A DNA stretch of 64,000 bases from an uncultured Nitrospiraceae bacterium (GTDB lineage Bacteria; Nitrospirota; Thermodesulfovibrionia; Thermodesulfovibrionales; Dissulfurispiraceae), in assembly GCA_963705105.1 (NCBI GenBank), contig CAVPIW010000012.1, forward strand, positions 362,949-426,948, written 5' to 3'. The position numbers were made by a program, and so were the translations under genes. The notes beneath the pieces were generated by a model. The model did no database searches. It worked only from the letters and a program-made list of their open reading frames with translations, and was not told the origin of the DNA. This document shows, piece after piece, positions 61,424 through 64,000 of the stretch. The number at the start of each line of letters is the position of its first letter. Position 1 is the stretch's first letter.

Positions 61424-61616
61424 GTTGCATGAAAAGGCGGGGCGAAGCACTCTGTAAACAGTATCAGTGTGCGTGTGAGTGTCAGTGTCGGAAAAGATGT
61501 CCCATTCTCCTGACATCGGCGTATGCCTCGTCGTTACTTTTGATACAGGTGCCGCCGCAGCAAGGTTTTCGGCGCATACGCCCCGCCTTTCCCGGGAGTG
61601 TATTGCAACGATAAGG
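61424..61616. repeat. Family A element (hexamer subtype)
   Basis: gttgcatgaaaaggcggggcg...cgccccgcctttcccgggagtgtattgcaacgataagg. Confidence 0.88.
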
Positions 61617-61663
61617 TTCACATTCCTGTCAAGATGGTCAGCTCTTCTCTATAGCCGACTTTG

Positions 61664-63880
61664 TCATGTGAGATCATCTTCAGAAAGACGCCCCTGACCA
61701 CAGAAATAGTAGGACGACTCGCAGTCCCTGGAAGACAGCCAGGCCTGTCGTATCGCCTGATCAAGATCCGCAAGCATGACAGGCTTCTGCACCACCACGT
61801 TGATGCCCGCGTCTTTCATCTCTTCACTCCCCTGCTGCAGGGCCCAGCCGCTGCAAAGGACAATGCGTGTGCGTGGGTCTAGTTCCCTTATTCTCCTCGC
61901 AAGGTCCAGCCCGGACATGGATTGCATGCAGAGGTCGGTGACGACCAGATCGAACGTGCAGGGACTGAACAATGACAGGGCTTCTTCCGCCGAACCGGCG
62001 ACGGCGACCTGATGTCCCATCAGAAGGAGGGCCTCCCCGATGACGACCTGCATGACACGATCGTCTTCGACGACGAGGACCTTCAATGGACCGGTGAATC
62101 CCGATTTTAAATTATGATCTCCGTCACTCCGGGCCTGAGGTTCCCGGTCCCGTTGCTGGGCAGGGAACGCCACCCTGAATGTCGTGCCTCCTCCGACAGT
62201 GCTTTGCAAGGAGATGTCGCCGTTGTGCCGGGCGATGATGCCGTATGTGACGCTCAGGCCTAATCCATTGCCGGTTTCTTTTGTTGTAAAGAAGGGGTCG
62301 AAGATCCTGCGCTGTACGTCCTCGTTCATTCCTGTTCCGGAGTCCGTCACCTCCAGGATCACCGACTCGTCCTGCTGAAAGGTCTTCAGTTCCAATGTGC
62401 CGCCCCGGGGCATTGCTTCCACGGCGTTGAAGATGAGGTTGCTGAGGGCCTGGACGAGTTCCCGGCTCATGCCTTGCACAGGAGAAACCTTTCCCAGGTC
62501 CGTCTGCACGGTGATCACGATCCCGCGGGCTTCCTGTTCGCTCTTCCATTTGTGGCGCGTCATTTCGACGGCTTCCTTGACCACTTCATTGAGATCAAGA
62601 ACGTCTTTGGGAAGGTCCTGCCTGATGCGGGTGAAGGACTGGATGCGCCGGACCGTCTCGGCTCCCTGGAGAGCGCATTGCTCAATGGTACCGAGGTCCG
62701 CCTTCAGTGTTTCGCCGTCATAGTCTCCCTTCTCGAGGGCCTGCAGGAGGATCTGGGTCTTGCCCAGGACGCCGCCGAGGACGTTGTTGAGATCGTGGGC
62801 CACTCCCGCGGCCATCTCACCGAGGGCGTTGAGCCGCTCCGAAGCGACGAGCTGGGCCTGCGACTCCTTAAGCGATTCGTAGGCCGTCTCCATCTCTGTG
62901 AAGCGCCAGGCATTTTCGATGGCAACCGCAGCCTGGCCTGTGAGTCCGCAGAGAAATTCCACGTCCTCGTGGCTGAAAGCGCCGGCGGTGTGTTTGTTCG
63001 TCACATTGATGACGCCGAGGACGGTATCGTGGAGTTTGATGGGGACGCTCAGAATGATCGGGCATGAGACGAAGGAGTCGGCGAGCGTGGGATCGGGGGA
63101 GTTCCTTGTCGTCGGATGAGACCAGACATCGTTGACGAGCAGCGGTTGCCCCGTGATCGCAACATGCCCGGAGATGCCCTGCCCCAGTTTGACCCGCGCG
63201 TTCCGGACGATCTCGTGACTGATGCCCCGTGATGCCGCGATCCTGAGTTCCTTTGTTTTCCTGTCCATGAGCATGATGGATACCCTGCCCGCATTCAGCT
63301 CGCGCGAGACAAGTTCAACGAAATAATCGAGCAGTTCCCGCAGGTTGGTCATTGTGCCCATGGCACGGCCGGCATTGATGAGCGACGAAAGCCGGCCGAC
63401 CGTCCTCGAGAGTTCATCGTTTTGTTTCCCAAGGTCGCTCAGGAGTTGTTTGTTTTTTTGCGTCAGTTCTCTTTTTTCGATCGCCCTCCGGAGTGTCAAG
63501 CTGACGATGTCGAGATCGTCAAAGGGCTTCATGAGGTAATCATAGGCGCCTTTCCTGATCGCTTCGATCGCCGTCTCGGCAGAGGCGTGGCTCGTCATGA
63601 TCACCACTTCCGTTTCCGGGCAGATGCGTTTTATCTCGCCGAGCATCTCGATGCCGCTCATTCCGCCCAGCCTGATGTTGACGACGGCGATGTCTACAGG
63701 TGTGCAGGCAAGGATGGCCAGGCCGTCCTCGGCCGTCGACGCCGTCAGTGTCACGAAACCGGCATCGCCGAGATGGTCGGAGAGGAGCATCTGAATGACA
63801 TGCTCGTCATCAACGATGAGGATCTTCCGTGGGCTTGCCTGCGCGGGTTCTTCCTGCTTGTCTTCGTTTATATCTTTCAT
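61664..63880 (-). CDS. Cytoplasmic hybrid kinase REC-GAF-HisKA-HATPase-REC
   Basis: N-terminal REC with Asn at the usual phospho-Asp position (AVVNIRL), GAF (GVINVTNK), AHDLNN, PFFTTK, C-terminal REC (TDLCM); start 63880 or 63982. Confidence 0.88.
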   Translation of the reverse strand: MKDINEDKQEEPAQASPRKILIVDDEHVIQMLLSDHLGDAGFVTLTASTAEDGLAILACTPVDIAVVNIRLGGMSGIEMLGEIKRICPETEVVIMTSHASAETAIEAIRKGAYDYLMKPFDDLDIVSLTLRRAIEKRELTQKNKQLLSDLGKQNDELSRTVGRLSSLINAGRAMGTMTNLRELLDYFVELVSRELNAGRVSIMLMDRKTKELRIAASRGISHEIVRNARVKLGQGISGHVAITGQPLLVNDVWSHPTTRNSPDPTLADSFVSCPIILSVPIKLHDTVLGVINVTNKHTAGAFSHEDVEFLCGLTGQAAVAIENAWRFTEMETAYESLKESQAQLVASERLNALGEMAAGVAHDLNNVLGGVLGKTQILLQALEKGDYDGETLKADLGTIEQCALQGAETVRRIQSFTRIRQDLPKDVLDLNEVVKEAVEMTRHKWKSEQEARGIVITVQTDLGKVSPVQGMSRELVQALSNLIFNAVEAMPRGGTLELKTFQQDESVILEVTDSGTGMNEDVQRRIFDPFFTTKETGNGLGLSVTYGIIARHNGDISLQSTVGGGTTFRVAFPAQQRDREPQARSDGDHNLKSGFTGPLKVLVVEDDRVMQVVIGEALLLMGHQVAVAGSAEEALSLFSPCTFDLVVTDLCMQSMSGLDLARRIRELDPRTRIVLCSGWALQQGSEEMKDAGINVVVQKPVMLADLDQAIRQAWLSSRDCESSYYFCGQGRLSEDDLT

Positions 63881-64000
63881 ATCCCTCGCGATCTGCGATT
63901 TGCGGGTTCCCGGCAAGAGAACCCACCCGCAAATATTGCTGTCTTTAATATCGGCAATTTTCTCAGAGGCTTGACTTCGCATGTCACTGTCTATGAAAGG

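Noticed and set aside
1434..61616. CRISPR array or diversity-generating retroelement
   Set aside because: Repeats are dispersed, not regularly spaced with unique spacers; no cas or reverse transcriptase gene.

Overview
GC-rich chromosomal window from a diderm anaerobe. Gene content (waaF-gmhB fusion, octaheme cytochrome c, rubrerythrin/FprA/desulforedoxin) resembles Nitrospirota or Desulfobacterota, but taxonomy cannot be proven from the sequence. Layout: (1) 1-5.8 kb, minus strand, oxidative/nitrosative stress cluster with a PerR/Fur regulator, two tiny metal-binding genes missed by the ORF track, ferritin-like protein, rubredoxin-domain protein, FprA, rubrerythrin and an HAO-like octaheme cytochrome. 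(2) 6-13 kb, LPS heptosyltransferases, DUF296 protein, tRNA-Ser(TGA), DUF3943-like, DUF3795-like and a radical SAM gene. (3) 13.3-64 kb, an almost uninterrupted minus-strand array, in transcription order: hybrid kinase, beta-helix/OmpA protein, FecR protein, HAMP kinase, two REC-GGDEF cyclases; a RiPP-like cassette (PqqD/RRE, radical SAM-SPASM, 60-aa Cys3 precursor ending in Ser-Ser, HprK-like kinase, S24/S26 peptidase); a ~2,560-aa beta-helix/C25 (gingipain-type) protein; and a ~27-kb surface polysaccharide locus (TagA/WecG, WecA, OM barrel, Wza, Wzc, ligase-TPR, Wzm/Wzt, methyltransferases, many GTs, Wzy-like) ending in a nucleotidyltransferase of the type found in RiPP-kinase clusters. The best candidate for an undescribed system is this radical-SAM RiPP + kinase + nucleotidyltransferase + C25 + polysaccharide module. 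Intergenic spaces hold several palindromic/MITE-like repeat families, one with a GIY-YIG-carrying copy. Four single-base frameshifts look like assembly errors. All product calls come from motif recognition by eye, not database searches.
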